32,000 bases of DNA from Mycobacterium tuberculosis H37Rv. Its GTDB lineage: Bacteria; Actinomycetota; Actinomycetes; Mycobacteriales; Mycobacteriaceae. The stretch spans positions 1,140,001 to 1,172,000 of the forward strand of contig NC_000962.3 in NCBI RefSeq assembly GCF_000195955.2, given 5' to 3'. The translations under genes and the position numbers were made by a program. The notes under the pieces are model-generated. The model did no database searches, was not told the DNA's origin, and worked only from the letters and a program-made list of their open reading frames with translations. Of this stretch, positions 13,728-24,572 are shown piece after piece; the stretch's first letter is position 1, and the number at the start of each line of letters is the position of its first letter.

Positions 13728-15853
13728 TGATCGCACGCATGGAGACCTCCGCAACCGCCGCGGCAGCGACGTCGGCACCCCGGCTCCGGCTGGCCAAGCG
13801 CTCGCTGTTCGATCCGATGATTGTGCGCTCGGCGCTGCCCCAGAGCCTGCGCAAGCTGGCTCCGCGGGTACAGGCCCGTAACCCGGTCATGTTGGTCGTG
13901 CTGGTCGGTGCCGTGATCACCACACTGGCGTTCCTGCGCGACCTCGCATCCTCGACAGCCCAAGAGAACGTCTTCAACGGTCTGGTCGCCGCGTTCCTCT
14001 GGTTCACCGTCCTGTTTGCCAACTTTGCCGAGGCCATGGCCGAAGGACGCGGCAAGGCTCAGGCGGCGGCGCTGCGCAAAGTCCGGTCCGAAACGATGGC
14101 CAACCGGCGCACGGCTGCGGGCAACATCGAATCGGTCCCTTCGTCGCGGCTGGACCTCGACGACGTGGTGGAGGTTTCGGCTGGCGAAACGATCCCGTCG
14201 GACGGCGAGATCATCGAAGGCATTGCCTCCGTCGACGAGTCTGCGATCACCGGCGAATCGGCACCGGTGATCCGCGAGTCGGGCGGCGACCGTTCCGCGG
14301 TGACGGGTGGCACCGTGGTGCTGTCGGATCGGATCGTCGTGCGGATCACCGCCAAGCAGGGACAAACATTCATCGACCGGATGATCGCGCTGGTGGAGGG
14401 CGCCGCACGGCAGCAGACACCGAACGAGATCGCGCTGAACATCCTGCTGGCTGGGCTGACGATCATCTTTTTGCTCGCGGTGGTGACGCTGCAGCCGTTC
14501 GCCATCTATTCCGGCGGGGGACAGCGGGTGGTCGTGCTGGTGGCGTTGCTGGTGTGTCTCATTCCGACCACGATCGGTGCGCTGCTGTCCGCGATCGGCA
14601 TCGCGGGGATGGACCGGCTGGTGCAACACAACGTGCTCGCCACATCTGGGCGGGCGGTGGAGGCGGCCGGCGACGTGAACACGCTGCTGCTGGACAAGAC
14701 CGGCACCATCACCCTCGGTAACCGGCAGGCCACCGAGTTCGTGCCGATCAACGGTGTGAGTGCCGAGGCGGTCGCCGACGCCGCCCAGCTGTCGAGCTTG
14801 GCCGACGAAACTCCGGAGGGCCGCTCGATCGTCGTGCTGGCGAAGGACGAGTTCGGGCTGCGCGCCCGCGACGAGGGCGTGATGTCACACGCCAGGTTCG
14901 TGCCGTTCACCGCCGAAACCCGGATGTCCGGGGTCGATCTCGCCGAGGTTAGCGGCATCCGTCGGATCCGCAAGGGTGCCGCGGCTGCGGTGATGAAGTG
15001 GGTTCGCGATCACGGTGGCCACCCCACCGAGGAGGTGGGTGCCATTGTCGACGGCATCAGCTCCGGCGGGGGGACACCCCTAGTCGTTGCGGAATGGACC
15101 GATAACAGCAGCGCGCGGGCCATCGGCGTCGTCCATCTGAAGGACATCGTCAAGGTGGGCATACGGGAACGCTTCGACGAAATGCGCCGAATGAGCATCC
15201 GCACCGTGATGATCACCGGTGACAACCCGGCGACCGCCAAGGCGATTGCACAGGAGGCCGGCGTCGACGATTTCTTGGCCGAGGCCACGCCCGAGGACAA
15301 GCTTGCGCTCATCAAGCGCGAACAGCAGGGCGGTCGGCTGGTCGCCATGACGGGTGACGGGACCAATGACGCACCCGCGCTCGCGCAAGCCGATGTCGGG
15401 GTGGCGATGAATACCGGCACCCAGGCGGCCCGGGAAGCCGGCAACATGGTCGATCTCGACTCCGACCCCACCAAGCTCATCGAGGTCGTGGAGATCGGCA
15501 AGCAGCTGCTGATCACGCGGGGCGCGCTGACGACGTTTTCGATCGCCAACGACGTCGCGAAGTACTTCGCCATCATCCCTGCCATGTTCGTCGGCCTGTA
15601 TCCGGTGCTCGACAAGCTGAACGTCATGGCGCTGCACTCACCAAGGTCGGCGATTCTGTCGGCGGTCATCTTCAATGCGCTGGTGATCGTCGCCTTGATC
15701 CCATTGGCGTTGCGGGGCGTGCGGTTTAGGGCGGAAAGCGCGTCGGCGATGCTGCGGCGCAACCTGCTGATCTATGGGCTGGGCGGTCTCGTCGTCCCGT
15801 TTATCGGCATTAAACTGGTCGATCTCGTCATCGTCGCCCTCGGGGTGTCCTGA
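13724..15853 (+). CDS. kdpB: Potassium-transporting P-type ATPase subunit B
   Basis: P-type ATPase phosphorylation motif DKTGTIT and [21 protein letters not shown]; 4-nt overlap with kdpA. Confidence 0.97.
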
Positions 15854-16422
15854 TGCGTCGTCAATTACTGCCCGCGCTCACCATGCTGTTGGTGTTCACC
15901 GTCATCACCGGCATCGTCTACCCGCTTGCCGTGACCGGCGTCGGGCAACTGTTCTTCGGTGACCAGGCGAACGGCGCGCTGCTCGAGCGGGACGGGCAGG
16001 TCATCGGCTCCGCCCACATCGGCCAGCAGTTCACCGCCGCGAAGTACTTCCACCCGCGCCCCTCGTCGGCAGGCGACGGTTACGACGCTGCGGCGAGCTC
16101 GGGCTCCAACCTGGGACCGACGAACGAGAAGCTGCTGGCGGCCGTCGCTGAACGGGTCACCGCCTACCGCAAGGAAAACAATCTGCCGGCCGATACGCTG
16201 GTTCCGGTCGACGCGGTTACCGGCTCGGGTTCCGGGCTGGACCCGGCCATATCGGTGGTCAATGCCAAGCTGCAGGCACCGCGGGTGGCGCAGGCGCGCA
16301 ATATCTCGATAAGGCAGGTCGAGCGTCTGATCGAGGACCACACCGACGCGCGTGGTCTCGGCTTCCTGGGCGAGCGCGCGGTGAACGTGCTCAGGCTGAA
16401 CCTCGCATTGGATCGCCTCTGA
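15853..16422 (+). CDS. kdpC: Potassium-transporting ATPase subunit C
   Basis: [42 protein letters not shown]; overlaps the kdpB stop. Confidence 0.96.
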
Positions 16423-16425
16423 CTC

Positions 16426-17955
16426 TCAGGCGGTAGTGGCGATCTGCTGCTCGATCATCGGGAGCCGCACCCGAAACACCGTCTGGCCGTTGCCCGACTC
16501 GGCCGTGACCGAGCCGCGATGCGCCTTGACGATCGAGCTGACGATGGCCAGGCCCAAGCCGTGGCCGGACCCATTGGACCGAGACTTGCTGGCCCGCACG
16601 AACCGGTCGAAGAGGTGGGGCAGGATCTCCGGGTCGATGTCGGGGCCGTCGTCGGTCACCGACAATTCAACACACGGCGCGTTGGGACCAGTGCGGTGGC
16701 AGGTGATCCCGATGGTCACTGTGACGCCGGGCTGGGTATGCACCCAGGCATTGGTGAGTAGATTGCTGACGAGTTGATGCAAGCGGGCATGATCCCCGTT
16801 GACCCAGACCGGCTCGTCGGGCAGATTCTTCACCCAACGGTGGGTGGGCGCCGCAACCGCCGCGTCATTCACCGCGTTGATGACCAGGTCGGTCAGGTCG
16901 AGGTCCTCGGTTTCTAGATCTTCGCCCTCGCTGAGACGGGAGAGCAGCAGCAGCTCGTCGACCAGCAGCGTCATCCGCCGCGCCTCGGATTCGATGCGGG
17001 CCAGCGCGTATTCGGTGGTGGGCGGTAGGTCCGAGCTATCCTGACGTGTCAGTTCGGCATAGCCCTGGATCGCCGCCAGGGGAGTACGCAGCTCGTGGCT
17101 GGCGTCGGTGATGAACTGCCGCATCCGCAGATCGGAATCGACGCGATGCGCCAGCGCACCATCGACGTTGTCCAACAAGCGATTCAGCGTGTGCCCGACG
17201 ATTCCGACCTCGTTATCCGGGTCGGTATCCCCCGGACGGACTCGCACGCTGATCTGGTGGTCGTCATCGGTAAGTGGCATGGTGGCGACCTCGGCGGCGG
17301 TCGCGGCGACCCGGCGCAGCGGGCGTAGCGCATATCCCACCACCCACACCGTCAGTGCTGCGGTAACCACCAGTGCGGCCCCAACAAGCGCGACGGTGGT
17401 GACTTTCTTGCGGGCGATGATCTGGTTGGCCAGGCTTAGCGATACGCCGACGAACAGTCGATCGGCGCCAGCGGCGCTGCTGTCAACCTGGTAGGCGCCC
17501 AGGCTGCCCAGGCTTTCGACACGCGGCGGGCCGCCGTCCCACACTTGCGCTTCGATCGCGCGGATGACGTCGGGCGGAGCGGGTCGTGCTCCGTCTTCGG
17601 AGAAAACGGCCGATCCGATCACCACGCCGTCGTGCAGCACGGCAATGAGGTTTCCGGGCGTCTGGCCGGTGAACTCCAGCACCGCTTGTGACATCGGGAG
17701 GTTGCCGGTGGGCGTGGATGTTTGCGCACTGTCGCGGTATCTGGTGTAAGAGTGGTTCAACGCGTGCAGGGATTCGACTAGCTCGGCGTCGTTCATCGCG
17801 GTGACATAGCCGCTTAGGCTCAGCACGGAGACGACACCGACGGCCACCAGCACAACGGTAACGACCGCCAACACGCCGAGCAGCAATTGCTGGCGTAACG
17901 AGCGGGGTCGCCAGCAGGGGGCTTTTCTGGACCGAGTGTTTCGGTCCGGGATCAT
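16426..17955 (-). CDS. trcS: TrcS sensor histidine kinase
   Basis: Two TM segments, HAMP, HisKA (ITDASHELRTPLAAIQGYAE) and HATPase; adjacent to trcR. Start ATG 17955 gives 509 aa. Confidence 0.93.
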   Translation of the reverse strand: MIPDRNTRSRKAPCWRPRSLRQQLLLGVLAVVTVVLVAVGVVSVLSLSGYVTAMNDAELVESLHALNHSYTRYRDSAQTSTPTGNLPMSQAVLEFTGQTPGNLIAVLHDGVVIGSAVFSEDGARPAPPDVIRAIEAQVWDGGPPRVESLGSLGAYQVDSSAAGADRLFVGVSLSLANQIIARKKVTTVALVGAALVVTAALTVWVVGYALRPLRRVAATAAEVATMPLTDDDHQISVRVRPGDTDPDNEVGIVGHTLNRLLDNVDGALAHRVDSDLRMRQFITDASHELRTPLAAIQGYAELTRQDSSDLPPTTEYALARIESEARRMTLLVDELLLLSRLSEGEDLETEDLDLTDLVINAVNDAAVAAPTHRWVKNLPDEPVWVNGDHARLHQLVSNLLTNAWVHTQPGVTVTIGITCHRTGPNAPCVELSVTDDGPDIDPEILPHLFDRFVRASKSRSNGSGHGLGLAIVSSIVKAHRGSVTAESGNGQTVFRVRLPMIEQQIATTA

Positions 17956-17962
17956 GCCAGGC

Positions 17963-18736
17963 TCATTCCGGCGGACGCAGCATGTATCCAATGCCGCGGA
18001 CCGTATGGATCATTGGCTCCCGGTCGGAGTCGATCTTCTTCCTCAGATAGGAGATATACAGGTCGACAATGCTGGTGCGGCCTGCGAAGTCGTAGTTCCA
18101 AACCCGATCCAGGATCTCGGTACGGCTCAGTGCTCGTCGGGGATTGCGCATCAGGAATCGAAGCAGTTCGAACTCGGTCGAGGAGAGCGAGATCGGCGTA
18201 CCGTCGCGGGTTACCTCCCGGCTGGCCCCGTCGAGCGTAAGGTCTCCGACCCGGAGTGCCTCATCGGCGGGCCTTTCCAGATGGCTGGAGCGGCGCAGCA
18301 ACCCGCGCAACCGGGCGACCAGCTCCTCGAGGCTGAACGGCTTTGTCATGTAGTCGTCGGCGCCCGAGGTCAGACCGGTGACCCGGTCCATCACGGAATC
18401 GCGCGCGGTGAGGAACAGCGTGGGTGTGTAGACGTCGGATTCTCGGACCCGTCGCAGGATTTCCAACCCGTCCACATCGGGAAGCATGATGTCGAGGACC
18501 AGCACATCGGGGCCGACCTTGTCGAACTTGGCTATGGCCTCTTGCCCGTCGTGGGCGACTTCGACATCCCAGCCTTCGTAGTGCAGCGCCATCTTGACCA
18601 GATTGGTCAGCGCTGGTTCGTCATCGACCAACAACACCCGGATCGGTGATCCATCCGCGCGATGAATCCGTGGCAGCTGCCCCAGGATGGCTTGCCGCGG
18701 ACGTTGACTGCGCGTGTACCCCGACATCGTCGTCAT
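17963..18736 (-). CDS. trcR: TrcR response regulator
   Basis: VLLVDDEPALTNLVKMAL receiver plus OmpR-type winged helix; ATG 18736 gives 257 aa; in-frame extension to 18793. Confidence 0.93.
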   Translation of the reverse strand: MTTMSGYTRSQRPRQAILGQLPRIHRADGSPIRVLLVDDEPALTNLVKMALHYEGWDVEVAHDGQEAIAKFDKVGPDVLVLDIMLPDVDGLEILRRVRESDVYTPTLFLTARDSVMDRVTGLTSGADDYMTKPFSLEELVARLRGLLRRSSHLERPADEALRVGDLTLDGASREVTRDGTPISLSSTEFELLRFLMRNPRRALSRTEILDRVWNYDFAGRTSIVDLYISYLRKKIDSDREPMIHTVRGIGYMLRPPE

Positions 18737-18786
18737 GCTCCCGTATCCTCTCAAGTCCTGTGCAAGCGCACATGCAGTTGTCACGG

Positions 18787-18820
18787 GATTCATAAATTTT
18801 TCAAATGTCGCTTATGTAGT
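18787..18820. promoter_or_regulatory. AT-rich segment upstream of trcR, candidate promoter/TrcR autoregulatory site
   Basis: Local AT-rich stretch gattcataaatttttcaaatgtcgcttatgtagt in GC-rich DNA; TrcR is reported to bind an AT-rich sequence in its own promoter (from memory). Confidence 0.45.
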
Positions 18821-20459
18821 TACTTCGGCCTGAAAAGGTGACCGGGCGGGATGTCGGGCTTCGGCGGTGAGAAAGCGGATCTCGGTTTCCGGGTATACGG
18901 AGCCCCCGGTGGACCGGTTATGCGGGGAGGGCGCTGATCGTGACCAGGTTGTGGGCGAACACGCCGTGTCCGACCCAGGTCCGGGTGCCTTCGAGACCGC
19001 CGATCCGGCCGCGGTCCCAGCCGTAGCCGCGTTTGAGGTGGCTGATCCGGCCTTCGCATCCGGTCCGCCATTTGATGGTGCGGCGGAACGCTTTTCGGTG
19101 TTCTTCGGCGCGTCGATCCTGCGAAGGTTTGCCTTTGCGCGGGATCAGCACATTCTTGACGCCCACCTCGGTGAGCTGCTGGTCGACGGCGGCTTCGCCA
19201 TAGCCGCGGTCGGCGGTGACGGTGCGCGGCGTGCGTCCGGCGCGCTTTTTCACCCACGCCACCGCTGGCGCCAGCTGCGGCGCATCGGGTGGGTTGCCCT
19301 GCTGCACAGTGTGATCCAGCACAATCCCGTCATCGTTGTCGACGACCTGGGCCTTGTGCTCAAACTCGACCGGCTTACCGAGCCGACCCTTGGTGATCGG
19401 GGCGGGCATCACCGTCGTGCAGGCTGACCCGTCGACTCGCCCCGTCCGAAGTGATGCCCGCGACCCGCTGGCGGGTCTGCGCCACAATCTGACGCGTCGC
19501 GTTGAGCAGCTCGGTTAGGTCGTTGACCGCGCGCACCAGCCCACCACAGCGGCGACCCGCGACCGCATCACGCTCACCGCGGGCGGCCAGCGCGGCGGCC
19601 TTGGCCTTGGCCCGGAGCACCGCCTGCTTGGCGTTGTCCAGCAGCTGCTGGGCCTCCTGAGCAGCGGCTTGGGCCAGCTCGGCCAGCTCGCCGGTGAACC
19701 TCAGTACCGCGGCCCGCGCTTCGTCACGCCCCAGCTCCGCACGCGAGCGCAGTTTCGCTGCGACCGCGTGCGCGCGCCGACCGGCCGCGCGGGAGCGGTC
19801 GCCAACCCGGGTGCGCACCGCGCCGCCAGCGGCCTGAATCCGTTTGCCGGTTGCGGCGATCCGGCGCATTGCCTTGGCCAACAGACCCAAGTCGGTCGGA
19901 TAAGACACGTTCGCCCGCGCCACCGTGGTATCGGCCCGGATCCGATTGGTGCCCAGCAGCTTGGCCTCGGCCGCCTTGGCCAACAATGCCTCGTTGAGCC
20001 CGTCGATCGCCGCCGATCCGCAACGCGTGGTGAGCTTCATCAATGTGGTCGGATGCGGCACCGACCCGTCCAGCGCAATGCGGCAAAACCGCCGTCAGGT
20101 GATCGAATCAGCCACCTCCCGGCACAGCGACTCATAGCCCAGCCGGTAGCGGAACTTCACAAACATCAACTGCAGATAGACCTCCATCGGCGTCGACGGC
20201 CGGCCCCTGCGCGGGTCGAAGAACGGCACGAACGGGGCGAAGAACGCCGGATCGTCCAACAATGCGTCCACCCGGGCCAGTTCCTCGGGCAGTCGGCGCA
20301 CCTCGTCGGGCAGCAGCGACTCCCACAACCAGCACTGATCGCCTAAAGTACGAAACACGATGGCCTCAATCCCTTCCGCAACAAGGGCATTGAGGCCATC
20401 TTCCCAGTTCAGCACCATCCGACCGGGGATCAACGCGCCGACTTTAGCAGGTCGAAGTA
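18821..20459 (-). mobile_element. IS1560-type insertion element, decayed, approximate bounds
   Basis: Imperfect ends: left TACTTCGGCCTGAAAAGGTGACC, right reverse complement TACTTCGACCTGCTAAAGTCGGC, enclosing one transposase reading path on the minus strand. Confidence 0.65.
18918..20433 (-). pseudogene. IS1560-type DDE transposase, broken into N-terminal (20095-20433), middle (19375-20094) and C-terminal (18918-~19400) pieces; corresponds to Rv1034c-Rv1036c
   Basis: In-frame TGA at 20095-20097 followed by same-frame RRFCRIALDGSVPHPTTLMKLTTRCG; frame change at a C4 run (plus 19399-19402) between ...VSLHDGDARP and ITKGRLGKPVEFEHKAQVVDN. Confidence 0.85.
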
Positions 20460-20543
20460 GTTAGTCGTTCAGATAACAACGTGGCCACACACCAACCGGT
20501 GTGCGGCCACGTTGTAATTGACGGCGCGGGCCTTAAGCCAGCT

Positions 20544-20828
20544 TTAGGCCCAGCTGGAGCCGACGGCGCTGTCGGTTTGTGCCATGTTGTTGCCGGCAGC
20601 CTGCACCTTCTGCCCGTGGGCGTTGGCCTGCTCGTAGATCACCTGGAAGTTACGGCCCAGCTGGGTAATGAACCCCTGGCAGGCCGCCGAACCGGCGCCG
20701 CCCCAAAAGTCACTCGCGGTCAACACATCAGAAATGATGGCCTGATGCTCGGCCTCCAGCGACCCGGCCTGAGCGCGGATCATGGCGCCGTGAGCGTCGA
20801 CGTCCCCGAATTGATAGTTGATGGTCAT
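20544..20828 (-). CDS. esxI: ESAT-6-like WXG100 protein EsxI
   Basis: 94 aa MTINYQFGDVDAHGAMIRAQ..., WGGAG in the WXG position; Mtb9.9 family. Confidence 0.95.
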   Translation of the reverse strand: MTINYQFGDVDAHGAMIRAQAGSLEAEHQAIISDVLTASDFWGGAGSAACQGFITQLGRNFQVIYEQANAHGQKVQAAGNNMAQTDSAVGSSWA

Positions 20829-20854
20829 GTGTCCTCCTGAGTCGTCGGGCCGGG

Positions 20855-21193
<339 letters not shown>

Positions 21194-21296
21194 CTAGCGG
21201 CTGTGATCGGCGCGGTGGTGGCCGCGTGGCGGACAGGTTATGACTCAACGGTTAATTGCTGGCCTCAAACGAGTGAGATGTCCCCCTTTGTCCGCA

Positions 21297-22472
21297 TCAC
21301 ACGACGACCTGTTTGGGCATGACAGTGGGCTTGAATCCGTACCGCGGCCCGGCATAGGCACCGGTGCCCTTGGCGGCCGAGGCCATTCCCGGCATCATCC
21401 CGGTAACTGGGCCGGCTTCTTCGGCGGCGACGGTCCAGCCGCTGCCTTCGAGCGCTGTGGCGCCGGCGGTTGTCGCCGGTGCGGCCGTAGACCAGGCCGC
21501 CGGCACTGACAGCCGGCCGACCAGGGTGGCCTCGCCTAAACTTGCGCCGAGCCCCGCTGGCGTCACCGAGTCCGCCAACCCCGCGGCGGCCGCACTGGCG
21601 GCACCCTCGGCAGCCTCGATGGCGCCTTCGGCGATCGCTACCGGCGCCCCACTGTTCAGGGCATTTGCTAGGAATATCGCGGTGGGGATGGCGGCGTTGA
21701 CATACCAAGCGGCGGTGTTGACTGCGCTGTTGATGATGTTTGCCACGAACGGGGTCGCGAGCAGGGCGTCGATGTCGGCAATGATTCCGCTCAGCCCCGT
21801 CGAGTCGAGAACCGATGTGACTGGGGAGGCGAGCCCACTCACCGCGTTGGGCAGGCTACTGATCAGGTCCGCTACGCTCACCTGGTTGACGGCGGCGGTG
21901 GCGGCAGCCGAGCCGACCGCGGCGGACTGGGCGGCCAGCCCGCCCGGGTTGGTGGTCTGCGACGGCGGGCTTAACGGTTGCAGCATCCCGGCGGCTCCCG
22001 AAGCGGCCGCGTAGCCGTACATAGCCAGAGCGTCCTGAGCCCACATCTCGGCATAGAGGGCTTCGGTCGCCATGATTGCCGGTGTGTTGATCCCCAGGAC
22101 GTTCGTCGCGACCAGGGCCGCCAGCAGCGCCCGGTTGGCCGCGACCACCTCCGGCGGCACTGTCATCGCATAGGCCGCCTCGTAGGCGGCCGCCGACGCC
22201 ATGGCCTGCGAGCCGGCATGCGCAGCGGCTTCGGCGGTGTAGGTCAACCAAGCCAGATAGGGCTGGGCTGCGGCGACCATCGCCATCGAGGCCGGACCCA
22301 TCCACGACTCGGTGGTCAGCCGGGTGATCACCGACTCATACGACGCGGCCGTCGTACCCAACTCGGCGGCCAGGCCGTTCCATGCGGCCCCGGCGGCCAT
22401 CATCGGTCCTGCACCCGCGCCGGCGTACATGCGTGCGGAGTTGATCTCAGGGGGTAAAGCTCCGAAATCCAT
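21297..22472 (-). CDS. PPE15: PPE family protein PPE15 (PPE-SVP type)
   Basis: From ATG 22472: [24 protein letters not shown]..., 391 aa, with LSVPAAW motif. The longer 544-aa ORF is an upstream frame extension. Confidence 0.94.
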   Translation of the reverse strand: MDFGALPPEINSARMYAGAGAGPMMAAGAAWNGLAAELGTTAASYESVITRLTTESWMGPASMAMVAAAQPYLAWLTYTAEAAAHAGSQAMASAAAYEAAYAMTVPPEVVAANRALLAALVATNVLGINTPAIMATEALYAEMWAQDALAMYGYAAASGAAGMLQPLSPPSQTTNPGGLAAQSAAVGSAAATAAVNQVSVADLISSLPNAVSGLASPVTSVLDSTGLSGIIADIDALLATPFVANIINSAVNTAAWYVNAAIPTAIFLANALNSGAPVAIAEGAIEAAEGAASAAAAGLADSVTPAGLGASLGEATLVGRLSVPAAWSTAAPATTAGATALEGSGWTVAAEEAGPVTGMMPGMASAAKGTGAYAGPRYGFKPTVMPKQVVV

Positions 22473-22548
22473 GGGGTATTCCGTTTCCGTGGAGTTATTT
22501 GGCTGAATTTCGTTGTTGGTTGAGCGTGGCCGCCCGTACGTCTGCCGC

Positions 22549-23376
22549 CTAGACGGTTGCTGGCTTGGGCATGACGATGGGTTTGACGCCGTAGCGCGGT
22601 GCACCGAAGCCGGCGCTGTTGCGTGCGGCCGAGGCCACCCCTGGCATCCCGGGGATGAACGTCCCCGCGGCGGCCTGCGGCGCGGCGGCGGTCCAGCCCG
22701 CGCCCGGCAGTGTGCTGGTGGTGGATACCAGGGTCGCCTGTCCGGCCCAGGCGGGCGGCACCGACAACATGCCGATCGCGGATGCGCTGCCCAGGCCGGC
22801 CGCAATTCCGGCCTCGCCGAGGGCGGCTTCGGCCGCGCCCAATGCACCCAATTCGCCCAAGGCGGCTTCCCCACCGAGAGCCGAGGCGGCCTCGGCCGCC
22901 TCCTCTGCAGGCAGGAGGCCGCCGCCGGCAAGGCCGATCAGCGTAGACGTGGCGGAGGCCCAGTTCCCGGCCCCGATGTTGAGGATGTTGCCAATGCCAC
23001 CCGAGAGTTCGGGCGGGAACAACCCCGTCGTCGCTTGGATGATGGCCGACGCTTCCCCTGTGATCCCCGAGAGTGGCGAGGCGGCAGCCGATGAGTTGAG
23101 CGACTCGGTGACGCCGTAGGTACCGGCGCTGATTCCCAGAGTGTTGACAAACATGTCATGCATAGCCTGAGCTTCGGCGCTGACCTGCTGGTAGAAGGTG
23201 CCGTACGCAGTGAAGAGCGCCGCCTGCAGCGCCGAAACCTCATCGAGGGCCGCCGGAGCGATGGCTGTGGTGGGCGCCGCGGCGGCAGCGTTTTGGGCTG
23301 CCATCGCAGCACCGATGGTCCCGAGTTGCGCGGCCGCAGCCGTCAACTCTTCAGGCACTGTCTTGAGGAATGACAT
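22549..23376 (-). CDS. PE8: PE family protein PE8
   Basis: 275 aa; PE domain [25 protein letters not shown]...; paired with the downstream PPE gene. Confidence 0.94.
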   Translation of the reverse strand: MSFLKTVPEELTAAAAQLGTIGAAMAAQNAAAAAPTTAIAPAALDEVSALQAALFTAYGTFYQQVSAEAQAMHDMFVNTLGISAGTYGVTESLNSSAAASPLSGITGEASAIIQATTGLFPPELSGGIGNILNIGAGNWASATSTLIGLAGGGLLPAEEAAEAASALGGEAALGELGALGAAEAALGEAGIAAGLGSASAIGMLSVPPAWAGQATLVSTTSTLPGAGWTAAAPQAAAGTFIPGMPGVASAARNSAGFGAPRYGVKPIVMPKPATV

Positions 23377-23936
23377 CCATTGCTCCTTGTGTGTGAAACC
23401 TGCCGGCCGCTAGCACCCCGGGCCGACCCTGTGTGTTTGCGTACGGCTGCCTGTGGATTGGCGTAACGCTAACCGGCCAAGCCTCCACAGTCGCGACCGA
23501 AAGGCATGGGACGCCCGACGTTTACGGTTTTTTAACGTTTACGTCAGCATCCTTAACAAGGTCTTGGCGGCTGACATGGCGGTGTGATCTGGTGCCCGGG
23601 CTAGCACACTTCGGCACACAAATGAGACGCGCGGCGCGCGGATTCTAGGCGAATGACGGCTCTTTCGCACCTGGCGTGTCGCGGTAGGGTTGGTGCACTG
23701 GATCGGGTCCAAGCGCTACATTCGCCGTCAAGCCTCCACAGCCCGATTGGCAGAGGCAGCGGACAATCCGCGCTCACGGGTGCTGGCGTTTGCTAGTGCC
23801 GGTAATCTTCGAAAGAGTCGCTTCTAACTGCCAATATGCCGGGTCGAAGCCACTGTCCAGCACTGTCGGCATCCAGATGGGGGCGTTGGCGCGCTGATCG
23901 ATACGCCGTCTGCGCGGCTCCCGGCACAATGAGTTC

Positions 23937-24134
23937 GTGCCCGATTCCTGGCCGGTCGTTTGCGTTGACGACTGGTCTGTTGCCGGCCTGGAGACCCAGG
24001 GGCAACACCCGCACGATTGGCTCAAACATTCTTCGCAGAAGCGGACGTGGCTCTTCAAGCCGGCGCGACCGGAGCGCGATCGTTTACTCGGCGAAGACGT
24101 GGCAGAAAAGCTCGCCAGCGAGTTGGCGCGGCTA
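23937..24134 (+). pseudogene. N-terminal fragment of a HipA-like kinase family protein
   Basis: PDSWPVVCVDDWSVAGLETQGQHPHDWLKHSSQKRTWLFKPARPERDRLLGEDVAEKLASELARL; resembles the WLFK...GEDWAEK...A.LA signature of HipA-like proteins. Confidence 0.55.
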
Positions 24135-24163
24135 CGCGATGTCTCCACAACAAGAGGGGAAGC

Positions 24164-24572
24164 TCACCCGTCGTGCAAATGCTGAGCGGGGGTCTGGTCG
24201 GTCAGCGTGAACCCGAGGCTGGCCGCGTGGTCGAACGATGGGCACAGCGCCTCCACATACTTTGTCTCCAGCGGCGGCACATGGACCGCCCAGTTGCGGT
24301 CGTGACGATCACCGTGGGCGATCAATGCGTCGAACGCGAGGTAGGTCGAAAGCGCGGAACGTGGGTAGGAGCGCTTGGTCGGCAGGTGCTGCGAACCGAG
24401 CAAGCGCCTGCTGGATCGCCTCGACGTTGTGCCCACGTTGCCCGGGATCGTCCCGGTCGCAGTTGAGCACAACCTCGGGCATCAATGCTTGCGGCAACCG
24501 CACGTCCTTGACCAGCGCACCGCGCACGCCGTCACGGACAGCCAGCTGGACCGGTGCCGCAGGTATCCCGAC
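24164..24572 (-). pseudogene. Central and catalytic part of the same HipA-like family, opposite strand and frameshifted
   Basis: VGIPAAPVQLAVRDGVRGALVKDVRLPQAL...RGHNVEAIQQALARFAAP in one frame, then YLAFDALIAHGDRHDRNWAVHVPP...CPSFDHAASLGFTLTDQTPAQHLHDG* in another (DRH..NW and SFDHAASLG signatures). Confidence 0.6.

Noticed and set aside
12026-15762. Large alternative ORFs (488 aa +, 401 aa -, 322 aa -, 250 aa -) overlapping kdpA/kdpB
   Set aside because: kdpA and kdpB have unambiguous motifs in the correct frames; the others are frame shadows.
18810-20470. Target-site duplication around the IS1560 element
   Set aside because: Flanks (cttatgtagt on the left, gttagtcgtt on the right) do not give a convincing exact duplication.
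22473-22931. Upstream 150-codon extension of the PPE15 ORF
   Set aside because: Canonical PPE start [11 protein letters not shown] is at 22472; the extension is out-of-frame shadow of the PE8 C-terminus.
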